This document shows, piece after piece, positions 35,783 to 46,247 of a stretch of DNA of 64,000 nt. The translations under genes and the position numbers were made by a program. Source of the DNA: a virus (taxonomy: Duplodnaviria; Caudoviricetes); IMG/VR virus record IMGVR_UViG_3300028326_000328, positions 1 through 64,000 of that record, one strand, 5' to 3'. Within the stretch, counting starts at the first letter, position 1, and each line of letters opens with the position of its first letter. The notes beneath the pieces are model-generated. The model saw nothing but the letters and a program-made list of their open reading frames with translations. It was not told the DNA's origin and did no database searches.

Positions 35783-38700
35783 CTATGCCATCCGCAGCCC
35801 TCGTCCGCGCTGTTGGCGGCGGGTCAGGCTGGCGATCTCCACGGCCAGCGCGAAAGCATCCTGCTTATCGTTGATGTAGAAATTGCTGCCCGCGAAGGAG
35901 ACGGTGTTCTGGTTGGTGTAGGTACGGCGGTTGTCGCTCGTGGAATAAGCAATGGCCCCTTCTTTTGCCGCACCCGTCAGGAAGCGCGTCGCGTTTCGGA
36001 GGACTCTTGCTTGCGCTTTGCTCTCCAGCAGCGCGCCCAAGCCGAGGCCCTTCATGGCCATGCGTCCAATCTCATCGCGGAACACGCCGGAAGGAGAGTT
36101 GATTTTAAGTTCGCTCTTGGCAGCGAGCACGGCAGCGCGGGCAGCAGCGCGCATCGCGGTGACTACGCCGGAGCGCCCGGCATTGATGCCTGCCTGAAGC
36201 CCCGCCATGGCGTTGAGGCCAATGGAACGGAGCGTGGCAATGGTCAGGCTACTTGCTACGGCGCTTTTCACATTGGCGGCAACCGTGGTGCCGGTGCCCG
36301 CCATGCTGTAGGAGGACATGGCGTTGGCCAGCCCCTCCGCCGCACTGGTGCCAAGTGTGGAGAGCGTATTGCCTGTAATGGCCGATGTCAGAGCGGCCTC
36401 AAGGCTGGCGGCTACGGCCAAAGCATCCGCAGACAGGTCGTATTCCGTCATGCCCGCGCCGACGCCAGCGGCCACGTATTCGCCGACAGGCTTTACGCGC
36501 GTCGAGGGCGACTCAATGCCCAGCGCCTGATTGAGCGCGGCTTCCAATTGCGAGGCTACCGTCTCGGCGTCCGCATCCCATCCGGCTTCGGTCATGCCCT
36601 GCGCGACGCCTGCCCGGATGTTTTCACCGGTGCCGGTAAGCTCAAGGTTGTTCAGGAACGCAACGATGTTCTGGAGGTTTTGAATGTCCTCTTCGCTGAC
36701 TTCCTCGCCGTTCTGGATTGCCGCCACCAGTTCCGCGACGTAGGTGGAGAAGTTGGCCATGTTGTCGCCGGAGAACTGTTGATTCATACGCTTGTCGATG
36801 CCGGAGATCGTGGCATCGTCCAGCAAGCCCCACAGGGAAACCCAGCTGCCCTTGTTACGCTCGAACGATTCCAATTCACCATTGAAGCCGTTCATCCAGG
36901 TCAGCAGATCGGAACCCAAGAGTCCATTGAGCCAGCCCCAATCGCTGTGTGACTGTTTTCCAAAGAACTCCGATGTCACATACTTGGTGGTAACCCCAGC
37001 AGCTGCCTTCTCCACCGATTCAGCGGTACCCTCGATCTGCGGGGTAATAAGCACATGCAGGGTGCCGTCCGCGTCATAGGCGATCAGGGTACTGGCATCG
37101 ATCTTGCTGGCCGGGACGAGGTTGACCGGAATCTCCTTGCCGCCCTCCCAGAAGGTGGCGTTCGGATCATCCAGCACCTTGGAGGGATCGTCGTATTTTT
37201 CGCCCACACGCACAATACCGGTCAGCGTCACGGGATTGTTGGCCACGAACTCATTGTAGGCGGTTAAGTCATAGCCCACGATGCCGATCCGGCTCTCGAT
37301 GTAGCTGGGCTTCGTCACGCCTTCCTTATCTTTATAAGCGGTGATGATCGCCTCAAGCTCGGCTTTGAGCGCAGTCTTGTCCACGTCCGTAGCGTCCGCA
37401 TAGGCTGTGACGATTGCGTCGATCTGTGGTTCGGAGAGCTTGGAAACATCGATGTTCTCCGCGCTCAGATACTTCGTGACCATGGCGGCCACGTTGGTGG
37501 GAGTCAAGCTCGCGGTGGACGCGCCGCCCGTGACCTCTTCATAGGCCAAGACAAAGGCGGTGATACCTTCCGGCTTGAGGCCGTCCGTGTTGGTTTCCGA
37601 TTCCTCCAGATACTTTGAGATGTAGGCCGTGATCTCGGCGGGAGTGAGCGTGCTGGTGTCCGCGCCGGTGGCCAGTTCCTGATAGGCGTTCACCATGGCG
37701 GTCACATGTTCAGGGGTCAAGCCAGACACATCCGCGCCGGTCACTACCTCGGCATAGGTGCTCACATAGGCCAAAAGGCCGGTGGGCGTGAGCGACGCCG
37801 TGGAAGCCCCCTCGGGGATTTCCGTATACTCGTTGATGAACGCGGTGACCTTCGGCTCCAGACGCAGTACGTTCTCGGCCTCCGTGTATCCGTCGATGAC
37901 CGCCTGCGTGGTAATGACACCCGGATTGGAGGCAAACTCATCCCACCGCGCCTGCGCGCCGGTCATGTCGAGGTCTGTGGTGATCTTGAGCATTTCTTCG
38001 GGCACGGCCTCGGAGAAGATGCCGCTGAGGCCGGTCAGCGTGCCCTTGTGATCCTCGACAAACTGCGCCAAGGCGGCAACCTGTTCCATTTGCTTGGAGA
38101 CATCGATCTCCGGGAACAGCGCCTGCACCTCGGCTTCGGTCATGCCGCTGTCCATCAGCGACTGGATTTGCGTCAGGACACCGAGATACTCGACCAGCGC
38201 CGCTTCGTCCATGTCCGCCGTCAGGGCGTTCATTTCCTCCAGTGCCTTGGCCATGCCCTGCGTATCGTTGTTGGCGGCGGCGATGCTGTAATCCCGGAGC
38301 TTACCGGTCAAGGTGTCTAGGTCTGTGCCCGCCTGCTGGATGTCCGCCTGATTCCAGACAGGCATGACGATTCCTTGGAGCGTCTTGGCGTATTCCTCGG
38401 CGGCAGCTTTCCGGTTCTGGTTGTACTTGTCGTTGAGGTCGGAGAGCGCCTGCTGCTTTTCAGCACCGTCCTCCATCAGCGCAATGAGGGCGTACTCCTT
38501 GTCGTACTGCGCGTCCAGTTCGGTGTTGACGGCGGCCATGCCTTCGGCTGCGGCAACCATGGCGCTTTCGTACACCGAGGCATCGGCGTCAACTTGGCCA
38601 CGGGCATGTGCGCGGGCGACCTCGGCCTCCAGCTTCTGGCGAATGGTTTCAAAGCCGTCCGCTTCGAGGGGCGAGAGTTTGTACTTGACCTCGATGGCCT

Positions 38701-41173
38701 CGCGGGCGTCGATCAACTCCTGCAGGCGCACCTTGTCCTTCTCGGTGAAATTCTTGTTCTTCCGCTTCTTCAGGAGCCGTGCGATTTCCGTGTCCATCTG
38801 GTCGAGCTTGGCGATGTCCTTCTCAAGCTGAGAAGAAACCGAGGTGTACCCGGCCTCCTTCGCGGTTTGGTTCAACGCCTGAAGCTGCTCACGGGTGGAG
38901 CCGGTCAGGGCTTTGAAGCTCTCGATCCATTCGGAGGCGATCTCATCGGTTTCTCCTTTGCCATCCGACCATACGGTCAGCAGCCCGGAGAGCCAGCCCT
39001 CGGCGTCCCGTGCAGTGCGCACGAAGTCCTCTTCGGACATACCAAAGAAGGACAGCCCCTTGCCGGAACCGTAGAAGGTATCGGCAGCGCTATTCTTCCA
39101 TTTGTCCGCTGTCTTGCTTATGCCCTCGAGGGCTTCGCGGACAGCCTTGGCACCGGAGGCGTAATCGTACAGCTTGACCGCGCCGTAGATCAGCGCTGCA
39201 GCCAACGCGGCCACAGCCAGCTTAGAGGAAAAAAGCGTCTTGACAAAGCCGGTGAACCCACCGCCCGCCAGCTTAACGCTCGCGGAAAACTTGCCGATGC
39301 CAATGCTCGCCTTGCCCAGCACAGAAGTGACCTTGGATACCGCGCTGAACGTTTTGCCCAGAACGAGGATGGCCGGGCCAGCGGCGGCGGCAAAGGCCGC
39401 GAACTTGATGATGGCCATGCGCTGGCTCTCGTCCATGCCGAGGAAGGATTGCAGAAGCTCGTTTCCCTTGTCAATTAGCTTCTGGATGGTCGGGTTCAGA
39501 TCGTCGCCGATCTGCTGCGCAAACAGCATCGCTGTGTTTTTGAGGTTGGTGAGGCGGCTCTTAGTGGTAGCATACCGCTTGTTGGCCTCCGTGGCGAGTG
39601 CTGTGTTTTCTGCCCACGCCTTATTGGCGGTGTTCTGTGTTTTGGTGAAAAGCTCGGTGGCGTTGGTGGCGCGCAGCAGCGTATCCCGCAAACGCACCTC
39701 CTTGATGCCGATCTCCTCAAGCGTGGCAATGGCCGATTCGCCTTCATCGTCCATACGGCTGAGGCCCACAATGAACGCTTGGAAGGCAGCGGCGGGATCG
39801 TTGTCCCACAGCTTTTTGAACTCCTTCGCGGTCATGCCGGACACCTTGCCGAAATCATCGAGCGCCTTGCCGCCTGTTGCGGCGGCGACTTCCATTTTGA
39901 TCAGCGCCTTGGAAAAAGCGGAGCCACCCATCTCAGCTTCGATGCCTACCGACGAGAGGGCAGCGGCGAAGCCCAAAATCTGCGATTCGGACAGCCCGAC
40001 CTGATGACCGGCAGCCGCCAGACGCATGGACAATTCCATGATTGCGGATTCCGTGGTCGCGTAATTGTTGCCGAGGTCGACCAGCGCGGAACCCAGATTG
40101 CTGAACTGCGATTGATCCATACCGGTGATGTTTGCAAACTTCGCCAACGTGGAGGCCGCCTGATCCGCGACAATGTCCGTGCTGTTGCCGAGGTCAATCA
40201 TGGTGCGCGTGAACCCGACGAGATGCTTGTTGGCGATGCCCAGCTGGCCCGCAATTGCCATGACCTCTGCAATGTCCGCACCGGAGGTCGCAACCTCCGT
40301 AGACATCTTCTTGACCGAATCGGACAGCGAATCGAACTCTTCCTCGGTGGCCTCGACGGTTTTCCTGACGCTGGTAAAGGCGCTCTCGTAATCGATGCTG
40401 GCCTTGACGGCGGTCGCGCCCAGTGCCACGATGGGCGTGGTGATGGCGGCGGTCATGGCCTTGCCCGTCTTGGTCATGGCCTTGCCGATGGTTTCGGCCT
40501 TTTTGGAGAAAGCCGTCAGCGACTCGCCCGCCTTCGTCCATTTGGACTCCATGCGGTAGAGCGCCTCGGTCAGCTTCTTGATCTCGGCTTCGGTTTCCCG
40601 GACGGCGGCCTTGGCGTTGTTCAGATCGGTGGTCGCCTTGGAAACAGCATCGGCGTTGTTTTGAAGCGTTTTGCTGTTGGATTTGATCTGGCCTTCCAGC
40701 AGCTTCACCTTGTCGCGGGCGTCCTGAAACTCCTGTTTGTAGCGCTCCAGATTGGCCTTGGCGGCGATGGTCGCTGAATCGTTCTCGCCCAGCGACGAGG
40801 CCAGCCTTCGGTATTCCTTGGCGGCATTGCCCACCTCGGTTTTGAGGCGGGTATACTCTGCGCGGGCTTCGGTCAGGGAAGCCTTCATCTTCTCCTGACG
40901 GGCATAGGAATCCGTCAGCTTCTGATTGGCCGCAACGAGCGCGCGGGAGTATTGCTCCACGGCACGGTTCTGCTGGGTGAGCTTATTGCCCAGCATGGAC
41001 AGCTTGGCCTCGGTGCCCTTGACCGACTTTTCAAACTTGTCGATGCCCGAACCCGCCAGCCGGAAGGTGCTCTCGGCCTCCTTGATCTGCTGATTGATGG
41101 TGCGCATGTTGCGCGAAAAATTATCGCTGTCCAGCGACAGCGCGACCACCAACTCGCGCAAGACCTCGCTCAC
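35783..41173 (-). CDS. Tape measure protein (TP901-like)
   Basis: 1796 aa, IDYESAFTSVRKT core, Ala-rich helical. Confidence 0.92.
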   Translation of the reverse strand: MSEVLRELVVALSLDSDNFSRNMRTINQQIKEAESTFRLAGSGIDKFEKSVKGTEAKLSMLGNKLTQQNRAVEQYSRALVAANQKLTDSYARQEKMKASLTEARAEYTRLKTEVGNAAKEYRRLASSLGENDSATIAAKANLERYKQEFQDARDKVKLLEGQIKSNSKTLQNNADAVSKATTDLNNAKAAVRETEAEIKKLTEALYRMESKWTKAGESLTAFSKKAETIGKAMTKTGKAMTAAITTPIVALGATAVKASIDYESAFTSVRKTVEATEEEFDSLSDSVKKMSTEVATSGADIAEVMAIAGQLGIANKHLVGFTRTMIDLGNSTDIVADQAASTLAKFANITGMDQSQFSNLGSALVDLGNNYATTESAIMELSMRLAAAGHQVGLSESQILGFAAALSSVGIEAEMGGSAFSKALIKMEVAAATGGKALDDFGKVSGMTAKEFKKLWDNDPAAAFQAFIVGLSRMDDEGESAIATLEEIGIKEVRLRDTLLRATNATELFTKTQNTANKAWAENTALATEANKRYATTKSRLTNLKNTAMLFAQQIGDDLNPTIQKLIDKGNELLQSFLGMDESQRMAIIKFAAFAAAAGPAILVLGKTFSAVSKVTSVLGKASIGIGKFSASVKLAGGGFTGFVKTLFSSKLAVAALAAALIYGAVKLYDYASGAKAVREALEGISKTADKWKNSAADTFYGSGKGLSFFGMSEEDFVRTARDAEGWLSGLLTVWSDGKGETDEIASEWIESFKALTGSTREQLQALNQTAKEAGYTSVSSQLEKDIAKLDQMDTEIARLLKKRKNKNFTEKDKVRLQELIDAREAIEVKYKLSPLEADGFETIRQKLEAEVARAHARGQVDADASVYESAMVAAAEGMAAVNTELDAQYDKEYALIALMEDGAEKQQALSDLNDKYNQNRKAAAEEYAKTLQGIVMPVWNQADIQQAGTDLDTLTGKLRDYSIAAANNDTQGMAKALEEMNALTADMDEAALVEYLGVLTQIQSLMDSGMTEAEVQALFPEIDVSKQMEQVAALAQFVEDHKGTLTGLSGIFSEAVPEEMLKITTDLDMTGAQARWDEFASNPGVITTQAVIDGYTEAENVLRLEPKVTAFINEYTEIPEGASTASLTPTGLLAYVSTYAEVVTGADVSGLTPEHVTAMVNAYQELATGADTSTLTPAEITAYISKYLEESETNTDGLKPEGITAFVLAYEEVTGGASTASLTPTNVAAMVTKYLSAENIDVSKLSEPQIDAIVTAYADATDVDKTALKAELEAIITAYKDKEGVTKPSYIESRIGIVGYDLTAYNEFVANNPVTLTGIVRVGEKYDDPSKVLDDPNATFWEGGKEIPVNLVPASKIDASTLIAYDADGTLHVLITPQIEGTAESVEKAAAGVTTKYVTSEFFGKQSHSDWGWLNGLLGSDLLTWMNGFNGELESFERNKGSWVSLWGLLDDATISGIDKRMNQQFSGDNMANFSTYVAELVAAIQNGEEVSEEDIQNLQNIVAFLNNLELTGTGENIRAGVAQGMTEAGWDADAETVASQLEAALNQALGIESPSTRVKPVGEYVAAGVGAGMTEYDLSADALAVAASLEAALTSAITGNTLSTLGTSAAEGLANAMSSYSMAGTGTTVAANVKSAVASSLTIATLRSIGLNAMAGLQAGINAGRSGVVTAMRAAARAAVLAAKSELKINSPSGVFRDEIGRMAMKGLGLGALLESKAQARVLRNATRFLTGAAKEGAIAYSTSDNRRTYTNQNTVSFAGSNFYINDKQDAFALAVEIASLTRRQQRGRGLRMA

Positions 41174-41246
41174 TCAAATCACCTCCTGGCAGTGGACCTT
41201 CCACCGGCCAAAATGAAAAAGCCGGGAACGACTTGCGCTCTCAGCC

Positions 41247-41516
41247 TCAAGGTTTCAAACTCGTCCACACCTGATCGATATAGGCAGGTCTGGGTGTGTT
41301 TTTGATCTTCGCCTGCTGCGCGTCCCAAGCCCGGAGGCGCAGGAAGCCCAGCATATCCATCTCGTCAATCTCCCGCATGCGCCAGCCGCTTTTCAGCAGC
41401 GCATTGAAAGTTTCATATATGTATTCCGGCAGCGTCAGAAGCCCGGAATCTCCTCGTCCTCCGTCTGGGCTTTGAGAAGCTCCTCCGCTTCCATCGTCAC
41501 CGGCTTCGTAGGGAAA
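41247..41516 (-). CDS. Tail assembly chaperone -1 frameshift extension (gpGT-like)
   Basis: Open -1 frame from T-TTC-CCT heptamer (41510-41516) to TGA 41247: ...LTLPEYIYETFNALLKSGWRMREIDEMD... Confidence 0.7.
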   Translation of the reverse strand, partial: FPYEAGDDGSGGASQSPDGGRGDSGLLTLPEYIYETFNALLKSGWRMREIDEMDMLGFLRLRAWDAQQAKIKNTPRPAYIDQVWTSLKP

Positions 41517-41839
41517 GCGTCCAACACCTCTGTCGTTTGTGTCTGCACGGCCATGAGCGCCAGAGCGATGTCATGCATCAGCCGGTCGGCGGGATAGAAA
41601 TCGTACACCTCGTCAGGGCTGAATTGGCCGCCAAAGAGGATGCAGAACCACTTGACCATGGTGTCGAGGGCATCCGCGACGGTGACCTGCTCACCCGACA
41701 CGTCCTTGCCCTCGGTAGCGTCGCGGGAGATGCGCACGAGGTTGCCGTACATCCTCGAGGCCGGTTCCATCTCGCGCAAAGCGCGACCAGATACAAAATC
41801 CACGGAATATTTCTTTTCTCCGAGCGTACAGGTGATCAT
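41435..41839 (-). CDS. Tail assembly chaperone (gpG-like)
   Basis: Between major tail and tape measure genes. Confidence 0.78.
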   Translation of the reverse strand: MITCTLGEKKYSVDFVSGRALREMEPASRMYGNLVRISRDATEGKDVSGEQVTVADALDTMVKWFCILFGGQFSPDEVYDFYPADRLMHDIALALMAVQTQTTEVLDAFPTKPVTMEAEELLKAQTEDEEIPGF

Positions 41840-41906
41840 TTGGGCATCGTCCTTTCATCTAAGTAGGAAGCCGCCGCGTGGAACATCTCCGCGCGGCGGC
41901 CATGGG

Positions 41907-42518
41907 TTACGGGCCGGGTGTGAACACCGGCTCGTAGACGCTTTGGAGGAAGGTCGCGCCCTTGGCGGCGGTGAATCCATTCTCACCCTCGTCGGCGACC
42001 GCCTGATATTGACCGTCGTGGGTGCGCTTGATAGCCACCCATTCCACCTCACCGGTCTGGCGAGTGATGGTACCGCCCTCTTTGGTCTGGTAGGTCTCCG
42101 CGACCGGTTTGGCCCTGACCTTGTAGAGCCACACATAACGGAACTTGCCGTTCGACTTCTCACTCATGAAGCCCACAGCGTAGTACGGCGGTTTATCGTT
42201 GGCCTTGCGGATCAGCACGCCGTTGTCATCGATGATGTTGCCGAAAATCTGCTCTTGGATGGTGAGCGGAATGTCGGCCATCTTGGTTTTGAAACTGAGC
42301 TCGGGATCGGGGTACAGCACGTCGAACTCGACATCGTCTGCGTATTGCACGTCCGGGTCGGAATTTTCCGGGGTCACGGAGGCTTCAATCGCACCCGCCA
42401 CCAGTTGGAGCGGGCCGTAAGCCAGCGCGGCTTCCGTATCCTCGGTCAGCGGAGCCAACACCATGTTTTTGAGGCCGACCGTGGATGCCACAGCCGGGGA
42501 CGCAACGGGATTAGGCAT
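41907..42518 (-). CDS. Major tail protein (phi13-like)
   Basis: VGLKNMVLA, YADD, YVWLYKV motifs. Confidence 0.88.
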   Translation of the reverse strand: MPNPVASPAVASTVGLKNMVLAPLTEDTEAALAYGPLQLVAGAIEASVTPENSDPDVQYADDVEFDVLYPDPELSFKTKMADIPLTIQEQIFGNIIDDNGVLIRKANDKPPYYAVGFMSEKSNGKFRYVWLYKVRAKPVAETYQTKEGGTITRQTGEVEWVAIKRTHDGQYQAVADEGENGFTAAKGATFLQSVYEPVFTPGP

Positions 42519-42531
42519 AAAAAAAGACCTC

Positions 42532-42942
42532 CTATTTGTTGTTCAGTTCATTGTGCAGAACGCGCTTTATTTCTTCAAAGGCTTCGCTCGCCTTTACGTC
42601 AAAAGCCGGACGCACGAAAGGGTGCGCGGGCGCGGGGGCTGGCCCGCCGTGCCCAAACTCCACGGGGTTTGCGTAGTACGCGCTCTTGTCCTTGTAGTGG
42701 ACGCCGACGGTGATCCGCTTGCCGCCGCCCGATTTCTTCTTGACCGAACCGGTTCGGATGGAGCCGTGCAGATCACCGGTGATGATCGCCGGGTCGGTGG
42801 AAGCGTTGTGGAGCATCTGGTTTTCGATAGGCACAGCGCCCGCTTCAAGTGCCCGATTGACGCCCGGCCCCTGATCCAGCGCAGCGGCCATGTTGATCAA
42901 ATCATCCTTCAGATCGTCAAACCCGCGAAGCTCAATCGCCAT
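42532..42942 (-). CDS. HK97 gp10-like neck protein
   Basis: TGDLHGSI, YANPVEFGH, HPFVRPAFD. Confidence 0.85.
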   Translation of the reverse strand: MAIELRGFDDLKDDLINMAAALDQGPGVNRALEAGAVPIENQMLHNASTDPAIITGDLHGSIRTGSVKKKSGGGKRITVGVHYKDKSAYYANPVEFGHGGPAPAPAHPFVRPAFDVKASEAFEEIKRVLHNELNNK

Positions 42943-43297
42943 GCCGGGCCTCCTCCCGCAGGCACCACGTCCATTGCACGGTGTATTGCCGGGTTGCGGT
43001 ATCGTAGGCCGGTTGATTGTAGCCCTTGTCCGATTCCTCGATCATGGCAAACCCGGCAGCGTACATCGCGCTTCGGATTCGGCCCGCTGTGTCTGTGGGA
43101 TCAAAGTCACTCCACAGATTCAGGTACACGAAGGTCTTGTAGGCCGTGGCCTGATCGTCCTGATGCGCATCCTCTGTCGTGGTGGTCGAATAGACCGCAT
43201 ACTGCGCGGGCGGGTTCTGATTGCCGGGGGTAGGACGCCAGATACCGGCGAACACGGGGATGTTCAAGCCGGAGAGGGCCTGCTGCACCTGTTTCAT
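42932..43297 (-). CDS. Tail completion/terminator protein
   Basis: Position and coupling; start MKQVQQAL. Confidence 0.65.
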   Translation of the reverse strand: MKQVQQALSGLNIPVFAGIWRPTPGNQNPPAQYAVYSTTTTEDAHQDDQATAYKTFVYLNLWSDFDPTDTAGRIRSAMYAAGFAMIEESDKGYNQPAYDTATRQYTVQWTWCLREEARHGD

Positions 43298-43653
43298 CAG
43301 CTGACCCCCTTCACGATGGATGCCTTGAGGCCGAGGTAGCGGCGCTTGAATTCGTACTCGCCCAGCGTGGAGATGAGCCACTTCTCGCCTCGGAACCGCA
43401 CCCACATGCCCGGCTTGACGTCATCCCGATAACGGATGGTGAAGTTGATGACAGCCTCGGCATTCACCGTATCCGCTGCGCGAAAGTGCTGGTTGCCCGC
43501 GTCCGTGGCCGCCGCCCAGACCTTGCAGAGCACGACCTCCTTGGGTTCCGGGTAGCCGTTTTCATTGATGCCGTTCTCGGTGTACCCGATTTCCACCAGA
43601 TTGCGAAGGTCGCCCGGATGTGGGGCTGCTTCGAAGTTTTTATAGCCGCGCAA
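43297..43653 (-). CDS. Head closure (head-tail adaptor) protein
   Basis: G.LRNLVEI, FTIRYR motifs. Confidence 0.8.
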   Translation of the reverse strand: MRGYKNFEAAPHPGDLRNLVEIGYTENGINENGYPEPKEVVLCKVWAAATDAGNQHFRAADTVNAEAVINFTIRYRDDVKPGMWVRFRGEKWLISTLGEYEFKRRYLGLKASIVKGVS

Positions 43654-43666
43654 GCATCCCCACCTC

Positions 43667-43951
43667 CTAAAACATCTGGCTCACATCGCGGTATGGGTAG
43701 AGCAGGTTCTCGAACGCAAGCCGCATGGCGAGGTATACCTGCTTGTCCGGGTTATCCCGGTTTTCGTAGTAATGGCTCGCCATGAGCAGCACGGCCAGCT
43801 GCACAGGTTCCGGCGCGACATCGTCAAACGTGACCCGGCAGAAATCTTCGGCGGCGGCCTGCGCCTGACGAAGAAGGCTTTCCAGATAGGCATCTTCATC
43901 GTTGTACTGGATGCGAAGATGGGCCTTGAAGTCCTCGACGGTTACGACCAT
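43667..43951 (-). CDS. Head-tail connector (gp6-like)
   Basis: FKAHLRI..DED..L, AVLLMASHYYENR. Confidence 0.88.
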   Translation of the reverse strand: MVVTVEDFKAHLRIQYNDEDAYLESLLRQAQAAAEDFCRVTFDDVAPEPVQLAVLLMASHYYENRDNPDKQVYLAMRLAFENLLYPYRDVSQMF

Positions 43952-43963
43952 TGGCTCACCGCC

Positions 43964-44230
43964 TTATTCGGCAGACTGGTTCCGCGCCTCGGATGCCATG
44001 ACACCGGCGGCCTTCATGACCGTCAGCAGTTGGTTGAAGCTCTCGCGCAGCGCGGCGACCGTGGTGGCCTCGCTGGCGGGGATACAGGGCAGAACCGGTT
44101 CACCGGCAGCGGGTAGATCGAATAACCCTTCCGCGCCTTCAACCGTCGCACCGGGGAGAAAGGTCAGCTTGCCGCCGATGACCCATTCGTTCCCGCCGTG
44201 CGCGTGGAAGTTTCGGGTTGAGCTTTCCAT
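43964..44230 (-). CDS. Head fibre / decoration-like protein
   Basis: GGNEWVIGGKL...FNQLL..MKAAG; follows capsid. Confidence 0.7.
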   Translation of the reverse strand: MESSTRNFHAHGGNEWVIGGKLTFLPGATVEGAEGLFDLPAAGEPVLPCIPASEATTVAALRESFNQLLTVMKAAGVMASEARNQSAE

Positions 44231-44286
44231 TGTGAACGACCTCCTTCAAAGGGAAGGGGCTGCCCTGCGCGGACAGCCCCCGTAGA

Positions 44287-45486
44287 TTAAGCAGACTTCA
44301 TGGCCATCACCTTAACCGCTTCCGGCAGGATGAGCTTGCCATCCACACGCTGTGAGGCAAGGAATCCGACCTGCCCGGTCGGGGCATAAAGCTCGTTGAG
44401 CCTTTGGAACTTGCGGCCTTCGCGGTCGGCGACCCAATAGTACGACAAGTCGCCGAACAGGATGGATTTCGCGGACGCTGCGATCTCCGGCATGAAGGAC
44501 GAGGTATAGACCGGACGATTCAGGAGCGTATCAGGCGTACCGGCAGTCACGGAGGGCTGCCAGATGTAATCGCCGTTCCCATTTTTCAGCTTGCGGAGCG
44601 CCTTCACGGTGCTGTCATTCATGATGAACACCGACTGGCGGCGATACGGGGCACGCAGGGCATAGAACAAATCCATCACCTCGTCCATGGTGATGGCAGA
44701 GGCGCTGGCAGCGGTCACGCCGGTTTCCGCGCCGCCCGAGGTGGCCAGAATGCCCAGCGGTTTCCCGGTGCCGTTGCCGCTGAAGAACGCCTGCTCCTCG
44801 GCTGCGCCGATGCGGCGCGCGAATTCCGTGGCGATGTAGCTGGCAATATCGAACACGCTGTCGTGCAACAGCTCATCCGAAACCTTGATCATGGTCGCCA
44901 ACTTGTAGGCACCAATGGAGGTCTGGCCGAAAACGTCGTCGCTCTCCGGGTAGGCGGCCTCCTCATCGATCCAAGAAGCGTTGCCCTTGGAAGCGACGAC
45001 GGGAATCTTGCGGTCGCCGGAACTGGTCGTAATGACCTTCGCAAGCTGCCGGAAGATGTTCTGCTCTTCCAGCGCCTGCACCAAGGTGCGCTCGTATTCG
45101 TCAGGCACGAGGAATCCACCCTCGCTGTCGGTGCCGACCTGCAAGGCGTTGTACACCTCATGGGGCACGGATTTGCTGCGCATCAAGCGCCAGAACGAGG
45201 TCTTGTATTCGTCGCTGGCCCGGCCAGTCTTGGTGGAACCGTCGGTCTGCGGCTTGCCGGTCAGGGGCTTGGAAGTGGGCTGGTTCATCTCGCGGTCAAT
45301 GGCCGCCTGACGCTCCAAGCGCTCGATTTCCTTGCCGAGGCTGACAACGTCGGCCTCCATTTTCTCGTAGGTGGCGTTATCCTCGACGGAGACCATACCG
45401 TCCTCACCGCGTTTGGTGTCCAGAAAAGCCTTCGCGGCATCCCATGCCTTGGCTCGCTTTTCGCGCAGGGCAAGAATCTGGTTCAT
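44287..45486 (-). CDS. HK97-family major capsid protein
   Basis: DSEGGFLVPDE, EEQAFFSGNG, FGDLSYY. Confidence 0.93.
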   Translation of the reverse strand: MNQILALREKRAKAWDAAKAFLDTKRGEDGMVSVEDNATYEKMEADVVSLGKEIERLERQAAIDREMNQPTSKPLTGKPQTDGSTKTGRASDEYKTSFWRLMRSKSVPHEVYNALQVGTDSEGGFLVPDEYERTLVQALEEQNIFRQLAKVITTSSGDRKIPVVASKGNASWIDEEAAYPESDDVFGQTSIGAYKLATMIKVSDELLHDSVFDIASYIATEFARRIGAAEEQAFFSGNGTGKPLGILATSGGAETGVTAASASAITMDEVMDLFYALRAPYRRQSVFIMNDSTVKALRKLKNGNGDYIWQPSVTAGTPDTLLNRPVYTSSFMPEIAASAKSILFGDLSYYWVADREGRKFQRLNELYAPTGQVGFLASQRVDGKLILPEAVKVMAMKSA

Positions 45487-45500
45487 GTGTTTTCCTCCTA

Positions 45501-46247
45501 TCATTTCAAAAGCGACAGCCTTTTTTCAAGGTCTGCCGCTTTCACTCGGTTGTCCGGTGTGCTTGGTTTGGGGATTCGGGCGATCAGCTTGTCCAGCAGG
45601 CTGTTGGTGACGGCCCTGCGGGAGAAGGAGAAGCTGTTCTCCGGGGCGTTGCCCGGCGAGGAGCCGGACTGGAACATGATCTCATCGCAGAAGCCAAGCT
45701 CCTTCGCCTTGTTGGCGTTCATCCACGTTTCGCCATCCATCAGGTGGCTGAGGCGCGTGCGGGAGAGGCCGGTCTTGATTTCGTAGGCATTGATGATGCT
45801 CTCCTTCACCTCATCCAGCAGCTGGATGGCCTTGCGCATTTCCTCGCTGTCGCCCATGGCGATGGTCAGCGGATTGTGGATCATCATCAGCGAGGTCGGC
45901 GACATCAGCACCCGCGTTCCCGCCATGGCAATGACCGAAGCTGCGCTGGCGGCGATGCCGTCGATTTTGACCGTGACGTCCGAAGGGTACTCCATGAGCA
46001 TGTTGTAGATCTGCGAGGCGGCAATGCAATCGCCACCGGGCGAGTTGATCCAGACGGTGATGGGGCCGGTACCCGCCAGCAATTCGCTCTTGAAGAGCGC
46101 AGGCGTTACATCGTCCTCAAACCAGCTGTCCTCGGCGATTGCGCCGTCAAGGTACAGCGTCCGGCTGTCCGGGGCAGTTTCATCCCGTGCCTGGAATGCG
46201 GCCTCCGCTTGGCAGGCGGCCTCCACCCAATTCCAGAACCTTTTCAC
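45501..46247 (-). CDS. ClpP-type head maturation protease
   Basis: WINSPGGD, AASAASVI, MIHNP. Confidence 0.92.
   Translation of the reverse strand: MKRFWNWVEAACQAEAAFQARDETAPDSRTLYLDGAIAEDSWFEDDVTPALFKSELLAGTGPITVWINSPGGDCIAASQIYNMLMEYPSDVTVKIDGIAASAASVIAMAGTRVLMSPTSLMMIHNPLTIAMGDSEEMRKAIQLLDEVKESIINAYEIKTGLSRTRLSHLMDGETWMNANKAKELGFCDEIMFQSGSSPGNAPENSFSFSRRAVTNSLLDKLIARIPKPSTPDNRVKAADLEKRLSLLK

Noticed and set aside
41290-41310. Frameshift in the tail chaperone extension
   Set aside because: On re-reading, the A5 run keeps the frame open (KIKNTPRPAYIDQVW) to TGA 41247.
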